32,000 nt of DNA, taken from assembly GCA_018985225.1 (NCBI GenBank), contig JADGIF010000025.1, positions 1 through 32,000 of the forward strand, written 5' to 3'. Every line of letters begins with the position of its first letter. Within the stretch, counting starts at the first letter, position 1. This DNA is from Amoeboradix gromovi X-113. Its lineage: Eukaryota > Fungi > Sanchytriomycota. The notes beneath the pieces were generated by a model that was given only the letters and a program-made list of their open reading frames with translations, did not search any database and had not been told where the DNA came from. The position numbers were made by a program, and so were the translations under genes. This document shows, piece after piece, positions 30,375 through 32,000 of this stretch.

Positions 30375-32000
30375 TCAGTCTTGTATATTGTCTATCAATA
30401 TTGTGCAATCTGCGCTACAACTAGCCAATATGGGTAGAAATGGGTGGTAACAAAGCCTATTCACTGTCATTGAATGCTTTCTGATTTCGATACCGTTTTC
30501 AACTACACTACCATCCTCCATCCCTATAGCAAATTTACCATCACGATACGCTACGCTAGTACAACTTTGTTTGTAATTCTCGCTTTTAACCAGGCAAATA
30601 TTTCCATCATCTATTTTCCAATATTTTACACTTTTGTCCCGAGAACAAGAGACAAAGTTGCTATTGTCGATCCAGCATGTATCCCAAACAATCCTAGAAT
30701 GAGCTTTTACTGTCATACTGCTCCAGTCTTTGGTATTAAACACATGAATGCTTCGATCTCTTCCTACAGACAATAAATACTCACCGTTTTCAGAATATTT
30801 TAGTCTAGTTATGGTCAATTTATGTCCTTTTAAGACTTGCATGAGATTCCATGCACATTCCTGATCTTTCAATCCAGTTGTCATTTCATAGACCCTTATC
30901 ACAGCTTGTTCCACACTTGTTGCTTTGCAGCTTATTGCAATCTGAATATTACCTTCGTAGTCATGGGTATCTATGGCATACACATTATCGCCGCATCCAT
31001 AGAGCTTCTGCAACTCGGGCCACAGAGTATGTTGCAGTAGCTGAGATTCAACAGGGAAATCAGTTTGCTTCAATGTCGCTGAAAACACTTTGTCAGTACC
31101 ATAGCTTTGAAACCTGTCTTTCATAAGCACTTTTTCGTCTACCTCAGTGTTTGATGAAGTGTATATTGCTTTGTTGCTTAATCCCAAAGCAGGTAGAGAT
31201 GCTCCTATTGCTTTGTTATCAAGAATTGTAGTAAACTTATCTGTTTTTACAAACTCACATTTTTCCAATCTTTTAATAAATACAGATGGTACTCCGAAGA
31301 CTCTCGCGACCTTCTCTTCCCCGGCACTGACCAGAACAGTTCCTACTCCGAGCGTTTGCATCAGATAGCCATGGACCTGGGGTCTACTTAATTCCTTGAA
31401 TTGCAGTTTATTGTTTATCCTACACGGAGCATATAATCTTGTGGTTCTGTCTATACCACAAGAAAACAAACAACCACTGCTATGCCATTGAATATCCGTT
31501 ACAGATAAATTGTGACCACTAGTTCCAGGCTGAATAATAAAATTGTCATTCTCATGGACCCACTTAACAAGGGCACCTCTATGAGTAACGCCGAATACAA
31601 TTAGATTCGGCGATTTTATCGCTGCAACGCTCTGAATTTGACCCATTCCCAAAGAACCAAACATATGAGCTTCCCATTGATTATCAGAGTACTGATAATG
31701 GATAATAGACTGATCTGCGCTGCAGCTGAACCAGTCTCCATTATTGTACGGAGACTTAGCCACTGCTAGGACCCAATCTGAGTGATCACTCAAAACTGTT
31801 TCCAACCATAACTTCACTTTGTCGTTTGGTTTGTATTTATAGATGCGGAGAGTCATATCGTTAGACGAAGTAGCCAAATACCAATAGTTATTGAAGTGCT
31901 GCCATTCTACGCCAGTTACAAAGCTTTGATTATCACTTATTTTGTAGATTATGTCCAGGTTCATATCAAGTAAATACACATTGTTTCTAGAAGTACCAAC
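30375..32000 (-). CDS. ELP2: Elongator complex subunit 2 (WD40), 5'-partial
   Basis: ELSRPQVHGY, GEEKVARVF, GASLPALGLSNKA, LLQHTLWPELQKLYG, HKLTITRL; frame stays open to the window edge. Confidence 0.93.
   Translation of the reverse strand, partial: VGTSRNNVYLLDMNLDIIYKISDNQSFVTGVEWQHFNNYWYLATSSNDMTLRIYKYKPNDKVKLWLETVLSDHSDWVLAVAKSPYNNGDWFSCSADQSIIHYQYSDNQWEAHMFGSLGMGQIQSVAAIKSPNLIVFGVTHRGALVKWVHENDNFIIQPGTSGHNLSVTDIQWHSSGCLFSCGIDRTTRLYAPCRINNKLQFKELSRPQVHGYLMQTLGVGTVLVSAGEEKVARVFGVPSVFIKRLEKCEFVKTDKFTTILDNKAIGASLPALGLSNKAIYTSSNTEVDEKVLMKDRFQSYGTDKVFSATLKQTDFPVESQLLQHTLWPELQKLYGCGDNVYAIDTHDYEGNIQIAISCKATSVEQAVIRVYEMTTGLKDQECAWNLMQVLKGHKLTITRLKYSENGEYLLSVGRDRSIHVFNTKDWSSMTVKAHSRIVWDTCWIDNSNFVSCSRDKSVKYWKIDDGNICLVKSENYKQSCTSVAYRDGKFAIGMEDGSVVENGIEIRKHSMTVNRLCYHPFLPILASCSADCTILIDNIQD

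Overview
This is AT-rich, very compact eukaryotic DNA, most likely from an early-diverging fungus or other holomycotan (Aco2-type aconitase, BST1, CBM18/CE4 chitin deacetylases, paxillin). It holds about 20 genes, including ACO2, NUG1, NOC4, BST1, paxillin, an AVT-type transporter, an FYR protein, TRM61, a SulP transporter, three CE4 genes, ELP2 and a tandem 4-TM family. All seven introns I could reconstruct are only 19-21 nt, and AATAAA usually overlaps the stop codon. The main hidden feature is at least 11 copies (about one per 3 kb) of a non-autonomous IS607/Fanzor2 element. Its layout is: left end, N-terminal HTH of an IS607 serine recombinase, internal deletion, Fanzor2 RuvC/zinc-finger C-terminus, then a structured ~125-nt right end (omegaRNA scaffold) ending in TTTTAAYGMGGAG. 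Several right ends stop 3-8 nt before the ATG of host genes on the same strand, including essential TRM61 and tentatively NOC4. This suggests start-codon-proximal targeting or domestication as promoters or guide loci. A second element family, a ~400-bp MITE with terminal inverted repeats, brackets the chitin-deacetylase cluster. All alignments and RNA folds were done by eye.
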